Both the position numbers and the translations under genes were made by a program. Source: a virus. From it: DNA of 64,000 nucleotides. This document shows, piece by piece, positions 1 to 10,704 of this stretch (the stretch's first letter is position 1; the number at the start of each line of letters is the position of its first letter). The notes under the pieces are model-generated. The model made no database searches, was not told the origin of the DNA, and saw only the letters and a program-made list of their open reading frames with translations. Location: IMG/VR virus record IMGVR_UViG_3300029319_000006, positions 64,001 to 128,000 of that record, one strand, 5' to 3'.

Positions 1-2855
1 TCTGGATACTTAAAGTCTCCTCCTAATGGTGCTCCATCCATCTGTTTGATAGAAGATAGATCTTGCACAGTAGTAAGTGTTTCAAGATATCCTGTAGCTG
101 TTGAAAATGAAAATATAGTTTCTCCAGGTAATGCAAAAGATCCTGTAGTCCAATTTATATCGTTTCTGTTAGCATATTGAGCGAATGAAGGTTGTCCTCC
201 ATCTGCTTCAGAAACTAGACTTCTCCATGTTGCATCTCCCCAGTTTTTAGGATTCAAAATCCCTTGACAAATACAGTCACCTTGTGAGAATCCACGACCC
301 ATAGCAACTGTAATTTCTTGCAATAACATCTGACTTCTATTAAGTAAGTCTTGTGCTCCTAATCTTCCAACTGAAGCGTTAGATACTGATGGAGCTAATC
401 TAATAGCAAATGCAGTTCTTGGAGTTGTTGTAACTCGGAAGTCATTAACCGAATGGTTAAATAAATATCCTCGGTCAAATTGGAATCCTCCATCCATAAC
501 TAAAGCTGAACCCCAATGTGATAATGTAGGTGAACAAGTGTTTGATATTTCAGCAACACCAGTATTTACTGAATGAGCTGCAACAGCACCAGCACTTACT
601 GTAACATTATTACCTTGTAAAAATTGAGTTAGAGTAGCAGCTCTTGCAACTCCTGTAAAGTTACCTGGACCATCTGTTGCACTTCTTCCCGTATAAGTCA
701 TTATTTCATTATCAATTAATAAAGTTCCATTGTCACTAAACTCATTTAATTCTTTTACAGGAATAGTTGATGCTGCACTATCAATAGTAGAAGTTAAAAA
801 GGTTATTGGACTATCATTATCGATTGCATATCTTACTGGTAAGTTACCTGATCTCATAAATGCTTCAGTATTTAAGTTATTGTTTCTAATTCTATGACAA
901 TATACCCATTTACCATCAGATCCTCTAACCATAAAGTGAACAAAACCAGCTCCATACCATGAATATTCAATTCCAATCATTTGCATTCTACTTGTATTGA
1001 AAGTGTATCCAGATGGACCAGTACCATCTAATTTATCTAAGTTCCATTTAGATTGAGGTACTCTTATTTGTGTTATTTTTTGTCCTCTTACTCCAGATGC
1101 AGTAATACCTCTATAATCTGGTGACATATTAAATGATGTATCACTTTCTACATTAGTTACAAAATGAGTCATACCTTTTATAGATATTTTAGATCCAGCT
1201 CTTAATTGTTCAGTAAATCTTGTATTGGATCCAACAACATTATTACTATTTTGTGTAACAGCTATTGTACCAGTAATATTAAATGTAGAAGTTCTTTGTA
1301 CAACAAATATTTGTTGTCCATCAAATTCCCAATATAATCCATTTTGATCATCAAACATTCCAGCTCTAACAGCAGCACCTACCCAATTTTTTACTTGAAC
1401 AGTTGCAATTTCAGAAAGTTGGCAAGTAGTATCTCCTAATGTTCCTGTTGCAATAACAGTAAATGTATAGTCATCTGTAATACTATTAACTGTATAAGTT
1501 CCAGAATATCCAGATGTTTCTAATCCAACTAATTCAACAGAAGCTCCAGCTTGTAACCCGTGATCAATATCATCAGTTTTTATAGTTATTGTAGCACCTG
1601 GAGATGTTCCACTTGCTGTAACAGCTTGTAAATCATATACAGGAGCAAATAATGTACCTGAAGAAAATAAGAATCCTTTACCAGATTGATATCTAAAATA
1701 TCGTTTTGTCTGACGAGTAACAGAAGCAGCATATGTTGGTGTCTTGGTTGATAATATAACACCACCATCTGAAGGTCTATGAAGAATAGTAGCATTACTA
1801 ATAGCAAATACTTGAGCATTTGCAGGACTTGTCACCGCAGCACCAGGTCTTGCATCATATTTCATTTGATTAGGTTCAGGGGATGCTTTCATAAAGAAAG
1901 GTCCTGATGCTTTATCTTTATTAGTACCAGTTCCCATTATAACGTGTAATGGTGTTCCAGGTACAAGTCCATGAGGTTTTGCAAAATGTAGTGTTATTTC
2001 CGACGGGTCCGCTCCGTCTGACGTAACGCTAGTTGGAGTAGGTAATGCAGCATTACTATACAAAGCTCCTTTTCTTACTAATGTTTCTTCTGTTTTTAAA
2101 CTATCACCATCTGAAGAGCCAACAACTCCTCTTGCATAATATTTTAATGTATGAGAGTTGGGGACAGATTCAATAATGTAACTTCCATCTGCTCTTGAAA
2201 ATCCAGATGTTCCAGCATTTAAGCTAGATACGTTTACAACATCTCCAACACTTAATCCATGAGCAGTGTTTATAGATCCATTTGCTGAATCTTTAAAAGT
2301 AACTGTTATAAGACTATTGGTTGTATTATCAGTTTGGAAATCAGTTATAATAGTATTTACTGAAAGATCAACACCAGGTAAATCATAGGTTGATGGATAT
2401 CCTTTTACTGATCCAAAACCAGCCCACTTAGTAGGTTGTAATCCATATTCAAAGTCAGCATCAATAAGTGACTCACCTTGAGATATTCTCATTCTTTCAA
2501 TAGCATCAGTACCAAAATCCCATGGTCTCATTTTCTGACCATAATCATATTTGTCTTCCGCAAAAATTTGAAGATCATCACTAGCACTCATTGCAGATGT
2601 ATCAGATTGTAAAATTAATCTAGTAAATCCATCGTGGGCAGTAGTAACAGTAGGCCAATTTGTACTTGTACTTGTAAAAAAGTTAGCTACGGTACCAGCA
2701 AAAGTGGTATCAGCAAAATTGTAAATAATTATATTATCTGTTACATTTGTTATGAGTAAAAATTTATCTAATGTGTATCGCCCAGGAACTTCAATATATC
2801 CTACACCTGCTGCACCTGGTACAAACACATAATCTCTTAGTAAATTCTTTGCCAT
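1..2855 (-). CDS. Large virion structural protein, 3' end runs off the window (absent from the ORF track)
   Basis: ATG at 2855 reads MAKNLLRDYVFVPGAAGVGYIEVPGRY...; the same frame at the window edge reads ...IKQMDGAPLGGDFKYP. Both ends were translated, the middle was only spot-checked. G/S/T-rich and directly downstream of the fibre genes. Confidence 0.75.
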   Translation of the reverse strand, partial: MAKNLLRDYVFVPGAAGVGYIEVPGRYTLDKFLLITNVTDNIIIYNFADTTFAGTVANFFTSTSTNWPTVTTAHDGFTRLILQSDTSAMSASDDLQIFAEDKYDYGQKMRPWDFGTDAIERMRISQGESLIDADFEYGLQPTKWAGFGSVKGYPSTYDLPGVDLSVNTIITDFQTDNTTNSLITVTFKDSANGSINTAHGLSVGDVVNVSSLNAGTSGFSRADGSYIIESVPNSHTLKYYARGVVGSSDGDSLKTEETLVRKGALYSNAALPTPTSVTSDGADPSEITLHFAKPHGLVPGTPLHVIMGTGTNKDKASGPFFMKASPEPNQMKYDARPGAAVTSPANAQVFAISNATILHRPSDGGVILSTKTPTYAASVTRQTKRYFRYQSGKGFLFSSGTLFAPVYDLQAVTASGTSPGATITIKTDDIDHGLQAGASVELVGLETSGYSGTYTVNSITDDYTFTVIATGTLGDTTCQLSEIATVQVKNWVGAAVRAGMFDDQNGLYWEFDGQQIFVVQRTSTFNITGTIAVTQNSNNVVGSNTRFTEQLRAGSKISIKGMTHFVTNVESDTSFNMSPDYRGITASGVRGQKITQIRVPQSKWNLDKLDGTGPSGYTFNTSRMQMIGIEYSWYGAGFVHFMVRGSDGKWVYCHRIRNNNLNTEAFMRSGNLPVRYAIDNDSPITFLTSTIDSAASTIPVKELNEFSDNGTLLIDNEIMTYTGRSATDGPGNFTGVARAATLTQFLQGNNVTVSAGAVAAHSVNTGVAEISNTCSPTLSHWGSALVMDGGFQFDRGYLFNHSVNDFRVTTTPRTAFAIRLAPSVSNASVGRLGAQDLLNRSQMLLQEITVAMGRGFSQGDCICQGILNPKNWGDATWRSLVSEADGGQPSFAQYANRNDINWTTGSFALPGETIFSFSTATGYLETLTTVQDLSSIKQMDGAPLGGDFKYP

Positions 2856-2862
2856 TTTCTTC

Positions 2863-4830
2863 CTATCCTAATGCGACTGAGAACGCTATTGTCTGAGCTC
2901 TTGTTGAAAAATTTGAAGCATCTGCAGAATCTCCTTTATCCCCTTTCGGTCCTCTTTGTCCTATTGATGTATAAATTTGCCAATTACTATTTATATAGAT
3001 GAATTCAATAATACTTTGACCTAAATCTAGAACAAAATTTTCTGCAAAACCTTCAATTGTAGAACCATTTCTATTGACAGTAACTGAATTTGTTGAAAAA
3101 TTAGCAACGTCAATTAATTTTACATAATCACCTGTTTGTGGATTTGCTGGTAAGGTAACAGTAAAACCTCCTCCAGAAGTATTTAATGCATATCTACCTG
3201 CATTTACAGCTGTAAAACCTGAAGTATATACTACGTAATTAGATGAAAAAGCTGCAAAGTCTGAATCAAAACCTAGATATGTTCCTCTTAATTTACCAAA
3301 ATTCCAAGTAGCTAATTCCCAATCAGTACCACCAACATTAATTGTTTGATCCGTTGGTGTACCACTATCAATACCATCCTGAACTAGATTACTAAATGCA
3401 TACCACTCACCATTATCAGCATCTCTAAAAAATCCAGCTCTTCTAATTGTTGTTCCACCATCTTTTGAATATCTACCAACAATACCAATATCAACTGTAT
3501 CTGCACTATTACTATCTGCAACTTTAATTAAGGAGTTAGTAACAGAAAGATCTGCTTGAGCATTTGATGTTTGAGTACCTGATACTGTTAAGTTTCCATA
3601 AACAACCACATCATTATTTACTGACATAGCATTAAATTGTACTGAGTCAGTAGTTCCTACTGGTTGTCCAATTGAAATTTGTCCAGCTCCACTTAAAGTA
3701 ACACCAGTACCTTGAGAAAAATGTGATCTTACTTCTGCTGGAGAAGGACCAACGTATGAAATAACTCCTGTAGAATTATTATACGTCATAGAACCATCAC
3801 CACCACCATCACTAACAGATATTGCTCTTTTAGCAGCAGAATCTGCTCTTGATGTTGTATAATATAAATTTGATCCTTCGGTTACATCTGTTGTAAATAT
3901 ACTTGCATTAATGTAAGAATCAACTCTAGTATCAAGATAATATAAATTAGTACCTTCAGGTAAATCTGTAGTTGATCTAGTTCCTAATGATGCAGCAGAT
4001 AATGTACCTTGTAGTTCTCCAGCTAATGCTTTTACATTGCTTGCTGCAATAATATCTTCACCACGTATATTCTTTCCAGCACCTATTCCTCCTACAGTAA
4101 CAATGGAACCTGATGTTTGAGTTGCTGCTTCTGTTGCATCATTTGTAGATATTCTTCCAGTATTACTAATTGTAATTAAATCATCAGCAGCAGAAGGAGG
4201 TGATAAACTAACTGGATTTTTTCCAACATTTCTTATAATATTAATTTGTGAATTAGTACCATCTAATCCAATAACTAATTTATTGCTTGCACTGTTTCCT
4301 CTTGTTCCTATAATATGATTTTGTTGATTCTTAACTCCTAATACTAAACCTGATCCATCTAAAGAGTCTTTAGATATAAAGGACAACAGAGCTTGTGTAC
4401 TATCTCCAAGATTCGTATCCATATTAAAAGATACACCACCAAACTGTTGACCAAACATAGGAGTAGAGTCTATAATAGGATCTACAATAGTTTTATTGGT
4501 AAGAGTTTGTGATCTTGTAGTTCTAATGTAAGTAGGAGTGAGAGGATCTAAGAAAGCACTATCTACTTTTACAGTAATAGCAGAATCAACTCTAGCTGTT
4601 GTATAATATAATTTAGTATTATGTTCAGTTAAATCAGCTGTATTTTTAAGAGAAAAATCACTATCGAAACCACCATATGCTCCTGTTAAACCTCCAGTAA
4701 TATTAGCTGTACCAGAAACAGTCATGTTACCAGTAACTACTGAATTTCCTCCAACAGTAAGATTGGTACCTATAGTAGCACTATCTCCTACAAATAAACC
4801 TTTTCTTACTTTAAAATCTTTAACTGCCAT
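2863..4830 (-). CDS. Tail fibre-like structural protein
   Basis: G/S/T-rich; TDLxEGxNLYY repeats; LNTSGGGFTVTLPANPQTGD fibre module; short Gly-X-Y stretch; C-terminal IAFSVALG. Confidence 0.75.
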   Translation of the reverse strand: MAVKDFKVRKGLFVGDSATIGTNLTVGGNSVVTGNMTVSGTANITGGLTGAYGGFDSDFSLKNTADLTEHNTKLYYTTARVDSAITVKVDSAFLDPLTPTYIRTTRSQTLTNKTIVDPIIDSTPMFGQQFGGVSFNMDTNLGDSTQALLSFISKDSLDGSGLVLGVKNQQNHIIGTRGNSASNKLVIGLDGTNSQINIIRNVGKNPVSLSPPSAADDLITISNTGRISTNDATEAATQTSGSIVTVGGIGAGKNIRGEDIIAASNVKALAGELQGTLSAASLGTRSTTDLPEGTNLYYLDTRVDSYINASIFTTDVTEGSNLYYTTSRADSAAKRAISVSDGGGDGSMTYNNSTGVISYVGPSPAEVRSHFSQGTGVTLSGAGQISIGQPVGTTDSVQFNAMSVNNDVVVYGNLTVSGTQTSNAQADLSVTNSLIKVADSNSADTVDIGIVGRYSKDGGTTIRRAGFFRDADNGEWYAFSNLVQDGIDSGTPTDQTINVGGTDWELATWNFGKLRGTYLGFDSDFAAFSSNYVVYTSGFTAVNAGRYALNTSGGGFTVTLPANPQTGDYVKLIDVANFSTNSVTVNRNGSTIEGFAENFVLDLGQSIIEFIYINSNWQIYTSIGQRGPKGDKGDSADASNFSTRAQTIAFSVALG

Positions 4831-4842
4831 AGTTCACTTTCC

Positions 4843-7800
4843 CTATGAGATTATTTGTTTAACTGGTTTAATATTAACTGTTCCCATCCCAGCTGCTCTT
4901 GTAAATTGTAATCTAATATTTGCTCCAGATACATCTGCAGATAATGTTCCTATATCACTATCATTTTCAAATGAACTTACCATACCATATTCAGCAAAAG
5001 AAACTGTTGACTTATTGTAAGTAACAAGTACCTTGGATACTTGTGATGCATCTATAACATCTTCTGACATATGAACTGTATACTCTATAGACATAAAATC
5101 TGAGTTGTGAGGAGTAGTATCAACAATAACTCCAGATCCAGATGTAGCTTGTACAAGTGTTGGAGTTGAACTTATAGATCCTAATGTATTAACTAAACTA
5201 TTTACTGTAGGACTTGCAGATGAATCAATATCTATTCTTCCTCCTGCAGTTAATGTAATACCATTACCTCCAGAAAAATGAGCTTTAACTTCAGCAGCAC
5301 TTGGTCCTGTATATGTAAATTTTCCAGATGCTGAATCATATGTCATAGATCCATCACCACCAGCGTCTATTAAACTAAACGCTTCTCTAGATCTCTTTTT
5401 AGTATAATCACTATCAAATAATGTAGTAGTAAAATTTCCACCATCAGCAGTGTTGATTGCAAACACTCCTGTAGCTGAATCAAAACTAATATTACTAATA
5501 CCAGCAACATCAATAAGACTTGCACTATCTATTTGACCTTGAGCATTTATTTTTATTCTTGGAATTTTAGTTCCTGATCCATAATGACCAGCTACCACTC
5601 CAGTGTTAGTAATACTTAAAGTATTAGATGCAGAATCAAAACTTAATCCTGTACCATTTAATGTAGTTTCATCTAATGCATCATTAAAGTCTGAATCAAA
5701 ATTAGCCTTTGTATAAATTGTTTCTACATCAAAGGAAAATCTTCCTAATGAACTATCATATGATAAATCTCCTCCTGCAGAAAAATAACTTCTTGGATTA
5801 TTACCTAATGATCCTACTAGAATTGTTCCTGTTGCATCAGGTAATTTTATAGTTCTTGCAGCAGTTGGACTATCCCAATCTAAAATACATTCATGTATTG
5901 AATTTTTATTATTATTCCATTCTAGATATTGATCTCTATGAAATACTATTCTATTATCATGGAAAACAGTATTAAGATGTATTCCTTCATCTTCAACAGA
6001 AATACTATTACCCATGGCATTTCCATGAGTAGTACAATAATATAATAAACTATCTGGTGCATTTAATGGTACAGCAAATACAACAGAAGCTCCTGGATTT
6101 CCAGCTACACCATTGACAGTAACACCAGTTGTATATGGATTTCCACTACCATCTTTAAAAGCTAATGGATGAGTACCATTAGTTCCAGCACTTTGATCAA
6201 ATGTATATGTAACACCTCTTTTTAGAGTTATAACTGGATTAGTTACACCATCTAGTACAAATTTGTTACCACCACTGCTTATAACTGTAACCACAAAAGT
6301 AGTTGAACCTGAAAAAGCACCTGATTTATTTACATTTAATTCAATACTACCTTCTTCTGATCCATTAGTAGTAGTTATAATAGATCCATTTATTGAACTA
6401 TATAATTGACTATTTCCTGAATCATCTTTTCCATAAAAGTTAATTCTTCCTAAAGTGTCTCCTGGAAGAGGAGAAACAGAAGTTCTATAAAGATCAAAAC
6501 TTGGAGATGCAATCCCTGATGCTTCATCAGAAATTAATTCCATATTAGTAAAATCACTAAATTGGTTTCCACCTTTTACCTTTAAGGATTCTTTACCACC
6601 AATAGTAAATTTAACTTCATCATCAGAACTAACTTCCATAATTGTATCACTATCAGCATCAAGAATAAATTGATTGCCTTTGATATTAACAGAACTATTT
6701 CTAATAATTTTACCATTTCGTCCAGCAGCAAGATCTTTATCAATAAAGTATAATGATAATTGAGATGAATCTATACCAAAAACTCCATTACTATCTTTAG
6801 TAACAGGAGAAGTTGTTGAAAAATGAGATCTTACTTCTAATGCAGTTGGACCATCATATGTAATAACACCAGTTGTAGCATTATAATTTAATGCTCCATC
6901 CCCCCCATTATCAGTAACACTAATAGCATTCTTAGCATCACTATCTGCTCTTGTAGAAAGATAATATAAATTTGTTCCCTCTGAAACATCTGATGTACTA
7001 TGAAAAGAAAGAAGATTAATATCTCTTCTTAATGGTCTATTGAATACCCAAGCTGCATCACTATGACTGTATATTAATGAAGCTCCAGATCCACCTAAAG
7101 TTAATCCACCATCATTACTAGCAGCAGAGTCTACAGCTGAATCGGCTAGTACTATATTTTTATCTTGTAAATTAACAGTAGTGGAATTAATCTGTGTTGT
7201 TGTTCCTTGTACTTGAAGGTTACCAAGAATTTTAACTGAACCAGTATTAGCATTATAAGCAGCTGGATCAATAATTAATTCAGCAGGACCTCTTAATGCT
7301 CCAGTTAATGTCACTTGGTTGAAAACTGGATTGGATGCAGAATCTAAAGGTTGTGGATTTTTGAAATTACCAGTTGTACTATCATAAAGTAAAGAATTAC
7401 TTGCAGAAAAATGTTTTCTTGTTTCATCTGCACTTGGTCCAGTGTACGTAAATATAGCATTGACACTATCATAAGAAAATGATCCATCACCTCCAGCATC
7501 ATTAGCAGAAAAAGCTGGTTTAACTGCTGCAATAGCTCTAGCATTAGAAAAATATAAATTAGTAGAACCTTCAGCTAAACTATCTGTAGTATATGCATCT
7601 AAAGTTGGAAAAGCTGATAATATAGTTCCTGTAGATAATTTTAAATCTAATCTACCTAATGATGGTTCATATCCAAAAGAATCAACTGTATTAGCTAATA
7701 CATTACTAGCTCCAGTAACAATACCTTTACTGTTTACTGTTATTAATGGAATTTGTGTTCCAGAACCAAATGTTCCAGGAGTAATTGCTTGTATTGGAAG

Positions 7801-8148
7801 TTTTATACTTGCTGGACGAGGAAATGCTTGACTATCAGCTTGAAAATCTGCACTATCAAATGTAATAGCGTGTTTTAAGTTGTCTTTTAATACTTGTCCT
7901 GCAGGATAAAAACCAAATTTTTGCCTATCAGAATCCCATCTTATTAAGTAAGAATAATTTCCTGGAGCAAACGCTTGACCTGATGCAATAGAATCAGATC
8001 CAGCTTTTGCAAAAAGCATTGCTCCATCTACATCATCTAAACCAGTTAAATTTCCATTAGAAACTTGACCAACACCGACAGGCCTTCCAATAGTAACTTT
8101 TTTTATAATAGTATTTTTCTTAATACTAGCATTAGCATTAGTTGCCAT
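4843..8148 (-). CDS. Long tail fibre-like protein with repeated modules and a cupredoxin-like domain
   Basis: Three DxGGDGx(3)Y...YxGP(S/T)AxExxxHFS modules; two GxxGSGTxIPxIxxNxxG motifs; YYCTTHGNAMG motif. Confidence 0.75.
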   Translation of the reverse strand: MATNANASIKKNTIIKKVTIGRPVGVGQVSNGNLTGLDDVDGAMLFAKAGSDSIASGQAFAPGNYSYLIRWDSDRQKFGFYPAGQVLKDNLKHAITFDSADFQADSQAFPRPASIKLPIQAITPGTFGSGTQIPLITVNSKGIVTGASNVLANTVDSFGYEPSLGRLDLKLSTGTILSAFPTLDAYTTDSLAEGSTNLYFSNARAIAAVKPAFSANDAGGDGSFSYDSVNAIFTYTGPSADETRKHFSASNSLLYDSTTGNFKNPQPLDSASNPVFNQVTLTGALRGPAELIIDPAAYNANTGSVKILGNLQVQGTTTQINSTTVNLQDKNIVLADSAVDSAASNDGGLTLGGSGASLIYSHSDAAWVFNRPLRRDINLLSFHSTSDVSEGTNLYYLSTRADSDAKNAISVTDNGGDGALNYNATTGVITYDGPTALEVRSHFSTTSPVTKDSNGVFGIDSSQLSLYFIDKDLAAGRNGKIIRNSSVNIKGNQFILDADSDTIMEVSSDDEVKFTIGGKESLKVKGGNQFSDFTNMELISDEASGIASPSFDLYRTSVSPLPGDTLGRINFYGKDDSGNSQLYSSINGSIITTTNGSEEGSIELNVNKSGAFSGSTTFVVTVISSGGNKFVLDGVTNPVITLKRGVTYTFDQSAGTNGTHPLAFKDGSGNPYTTGVTVNGVAGNPGASVVFAVPLNAPDSLLYYCTTHGNAMGNSISVEDEGIHLNTVFHDNRIVFHRDQYLEWNNNKNSIHECILDWDSPTAARTIKLPDATGTILVGSLGNNPRSYFSAGGDLSYDSSLGRFSFDVETIYTKANFDSDFNDALDETTLNGTGLSFDSASNTLSITNTGVVAGHYGSGTKIPRIKINAQGQIDSASLIDVAGISNISFDSATGVFAINTADGGNFTTTLFDSDYTKKRSREAFSLIDAGGDGSMTYDSASGKFTYTGPSAAEVKAHFSGGNGITLTAGGRIDIDSSASPTVNSLVNTLGSISSTPTLVQATSGSGVIVDTTPHNSDFMSIEYTVHMSEDVIDASQVSKVLVTYNKSTVSFAEYGMVSSFENDSDIGTLSADVSGANIRLQFTRAAGMGTVNIKPVKQIIS

Positions 8149-8162
8149 GCTCTCTCCTTAAA

Positions 8163-8510
8163 TCATCTTGTAACCGACGGGTTAACTATTATTTGACCTT
8201 CTAAAACTCTTTCAATAATATTATTACCATTACTATCTTGATTTGTAATTTCAACATCATAAACATATCTACTAGCTGTAAAAGAAGATGTTTGTTGATT
8301 AGTAAGTGTTAAGTTCAATATACCTGATGATCTTGGTGCTTGAAACATAACAGAAAAAGAAGTTGCAGAATCATTACTATGTGTTCTTCTAATTTTAGAC
8401 GCTGCAGTAAATCCTGTTAAATCTTTTACTGAACCATTTTGATTTGCTAATTCTAATTTTAGAGTGACATCAGAGCCTTGATCTATTGAAATATCTTCAT
8501 ACTGCGCCAT
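8163..8510 (-). CDS. Small virion/baseplate-associated protein
   Basis: IDQGSD...DLTGFTAASKIR...RYVYDVEI...RVLEG...VNPSVTR pattern typical of fibre-adjacent genes in marine T4-like phages; late promoter upstream. Confidence 0.6.
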   Translation of the reverse strand: MAQYEDISIDQGSDVTLKLELANQNGSVKDLTGFTAASKIRRTHSNDSATSFSVMFQAPRSSGILNLTLTNQQTSSFTASRYVYDVEITNQDSNGNNIIERVLEGQIIVNPSVTR

Positions 8511-8545
8511 TTTTAAAAAACTCTTAGTTTAGTTACTTTTTCCAT

Positions 8546-8553
8546 TATTTATA
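8546..8553 (-). promoter_or_regulatory. T4-type late promoter TATAAATA
   Basis: Exact TATAAATA on the minus strand about 36 nt upstream of the 8510 start. Confidence 0.75.
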
Positions 8554-9226
8554 AGAAATATTTTTCTAATCCTTGATACATGTAAGATTGTTCCTGACAA
8601 ATTAAACAAAGAGTTTTTCTAGGATCATGTGCCAAATGATTTTTCACATACTTGTAGGGTGTTGCATCATTTTTCCATCTGAAATAATAATCATAATCAA
8701 ACTTTAAGTATTTACAAATTGATAAATGATTGTAAGAAAGATATCTATCCAAACCACTATATTTTATCATATAGTAATCTTTATTATCAATAAAGTTTTG
8801 AAATACATGTGTCAAGGTTTTTGGATACATTCCAATAACAGAAGTGTTTATTTTTGCATCAAACTCCCATAAAATATCCTGATGATGTTGAAGATCAGGA
8901 TTAATAGTAAGAATTTTGTTTGGTTGAATTCTTTTCAATATAGAATCTATAGAATTTTGTATTACAATGTCTAAATCAAAATATAAGGTTGGAGAATTCC
9001 AAGGTAAGTTAAACAGTTGAATCTTCCACCAAAAAGATTCTAAGTCTAAACTTAAATCCAACGGAATTGGTCTTAGTTTCCAATCTAACAAATTATCATC
9101 TGTTAAGCAATAAAAAGAAAATGGTAGGGAACAATTTTTCTCTACCATTTTATAAAGTCGATCTACTCGATCTGAAGTATACTTTGTACCGTATTTAATG
9201 CATACTATATTATAATGGGTTTTCAA
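8549..9226 (-). CDS. Glycosyltransferase, GT-A fold
   Basis: CIKYGTKY N-terminus, CLTDD, WWKIQLF, YFDLDIVI (DxD), INTSV; paralog of 52884..53579. Confidence 0.75.
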   Translation of the reverse strand: MKTHYNIVCIKYGTKYTSDRVDRLYKMVEKNCSLPFSFYCLTDDNLLDWKLRPIPLDLSLDLESFWWKIQLFNLPWNSPTLYFDLDIVIQNSIDSILKRIQPNKILTINPDLQHHQDILWEFDAKINTSVIGMYPKTLTHVFQNFIDNKDYYMIKYSGLDRYLSYNHLSICKYLKFDYDYYFRWKNDATPYKYVKNHLAHDPRKTLCLICQEQSYMYQGLEKYFL

Positions 9227-9896
9227 GATCTTCTATGACCTCCTCCCAAAAATTATCTGCATCTTTAAATACGTATGCTACAGTTATTCTATAACAATTT
9301 GTATAAGCTGCATGATAACAAATTTTTTCTGGTTCCATATAGCTACCAAAATAAGTCATTTTACAATTCCAACCTTTTTGATCCTGTACACGAACTCTTT
9401 CTTTTTTATCTAAATCCCAATAATCAAACCAACCATCTCCTGTTTCAGACCAAGAACAAATAATGTTGTACCCAGGAGCATTAGCATTATTGTGCCAGGA
9501 AATAAATCCTCCAGGTGGATATGCAGCATTCAAAGCATTGTTGTTTGCAGATATAAAAGAAATAAGTTTAGTATTTAAATCTTTAGATGCATTACATATA
9601 TCTTCATGTGCTCTTTTATTCATAGGAAGTTTTTCTTGATCTTGCCATTTAAGTCCTGTATATCCTCTAAGAACTGCAGGAAAACCATCGTGAGCTCTAC
9701 CTTCACGCATAATTTTATTCATATAATCATCAGACACCCAATCTTCTTGTTTTTGTTCAAAATTACTTATTTGTGCTTTATTAGCAATAGCTGGTTTTCC
9801 ATTATCTTGAATAGTCATTAATTTATCTTTATATTCATCCAATATATCAATAAATTCTTGATTATTTAATTTTATATCTCTCACTGGTGTCATCAT
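9210..9896 (-). CDS. Putative 2OG-Fe(II) oxygenase/cupin-fold enzyme
   Basis: YPPGGFISWHNN...YHAA...R spacing resembles the double-stranded beta-helix HxD...H...R motif, here with HxN. Confidence 0.5.
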   Translation of the reverse strand: MMTPVRDIKLNNQEFIDILDEYKDKLMTIQDNGKPAIANKAQISNFEQKQEDWVSDDYMNKIMREGRAHDGFPAVLRGYTGLKWQDQEKLPMNKRAHEDICNASKDLNTKLISFISANNNALNAAYPPGGFISWHNNANAPGYNIICSWSETGDGWFDYWDLDKKERVRVQDQKGWNCKMTYFGSYMEPEKICYHAAYTNCYRITVAYVFKDADNFWEEVIEDLENPL

Positions 9897-9897
9897 T

Positions 9898-10704
9898 TTA
9901 CAAAATTCCTTTCTCGCTATACTTATCCATTCCAGAAGAATAATGATGTATTATAGGATGTTTAGAAGCATAAACATTTGGTTGAGTCCAGGGTAATCCA
10001 AAAGAACTATAATAATTCCATCTATAATTTTCTTCAAAAAATTTCCATTTGAGTTCTTTATATTTTGGTGAATGCCACAACAACCACCATAAAGTAAGTT
10101 GATCCCAAATCCAAAAACTTTTAGGAACTTCTTGTATCTCTATTGGTAATTCTATTGCAGCTCTTTGTTTTAAATATACATTATACCAATCCATCATAAA
10201 TTGTTTTACTAATGGATTAGTATTATTATATAAACAAACTCCTCCACAATGAGTAAGATGTTGAGGATTAGAACCAGTATATCCATTATCTAATGTATTT
10301 TCCCCCCATGACCATTCAGCAAAATGTCTAGCACCCTCTTTAGTAAGATTAACAAATCTCATATCATAGTTTTGTATTTGATCAAAAACTGTACATATAT
10401 CTTCATGGACTACTTCCATATCCACATCTAAGTACATAGTAATATCATATGGAGAATTTGCCATACCCCACATTTTTTCTCTGTTAGTACTTCCAGGTGT
10501 TGGTAAAATTTTATCGTAAGGAGTAAATAAAGTTTTTAAATTTTCATCTTCTAAAAAAAGTTTTTCTGTAAACAGAGTAATTTTAGCATCTGGCATATAA
10601 TCTAAAATAGTTTCTGCTAAAAAATATCCAGCTTTTAAAAAACTTTCAAATTTTGTAGCTACAAATACAAATCCTTTACTTAGATTCTTCTGATTGTTCA
10701 CCAT
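9898..10704 (-). CDS. Glycosyltransferase, GT-A fold
   Basis: REKMWGMANSPYDITMYLDVD (DxD), GGVCLY, WDQLTLW, RWN, IIHHY. Confidence 0.75.
   Translation of the reverse strand: MVNNQKNLSKGFVFVATKFESFLKAGYFLAETILDYMPDAKITLFTEKLFLEDENLKTLFTPYDKILPTPGSTNREKMWGMANSPYDITMYLDVDMEVVHEDICTVFDQIQNYDMRFVNLTKEGARHFAEWSWGENTLDNGYTGSNPQHLTHCGGVCLYNNTNPLVKQFMMDWYNVYLKQRAAIELPIEIQEVPKSFWIWDQLTLWWLLWHSPKYKELKWKFFEENYRWNYYSSFGLPWTQPNVYASKHPIIHHYSSGMDKYSEKGIL

Noticed and set aside
1586-1819. 77-aa minus-strand ORF in the track
   Set aside because: It is an alternative frame inside the large 1..2855 gene.
2925-2962. Collagen-like GQRGPKGDKG as substrate for the prolyl hydroxylase-like enzyme or GT25 enzymes
   Set aside because: Only 3-4 triplets, too short to support the link.
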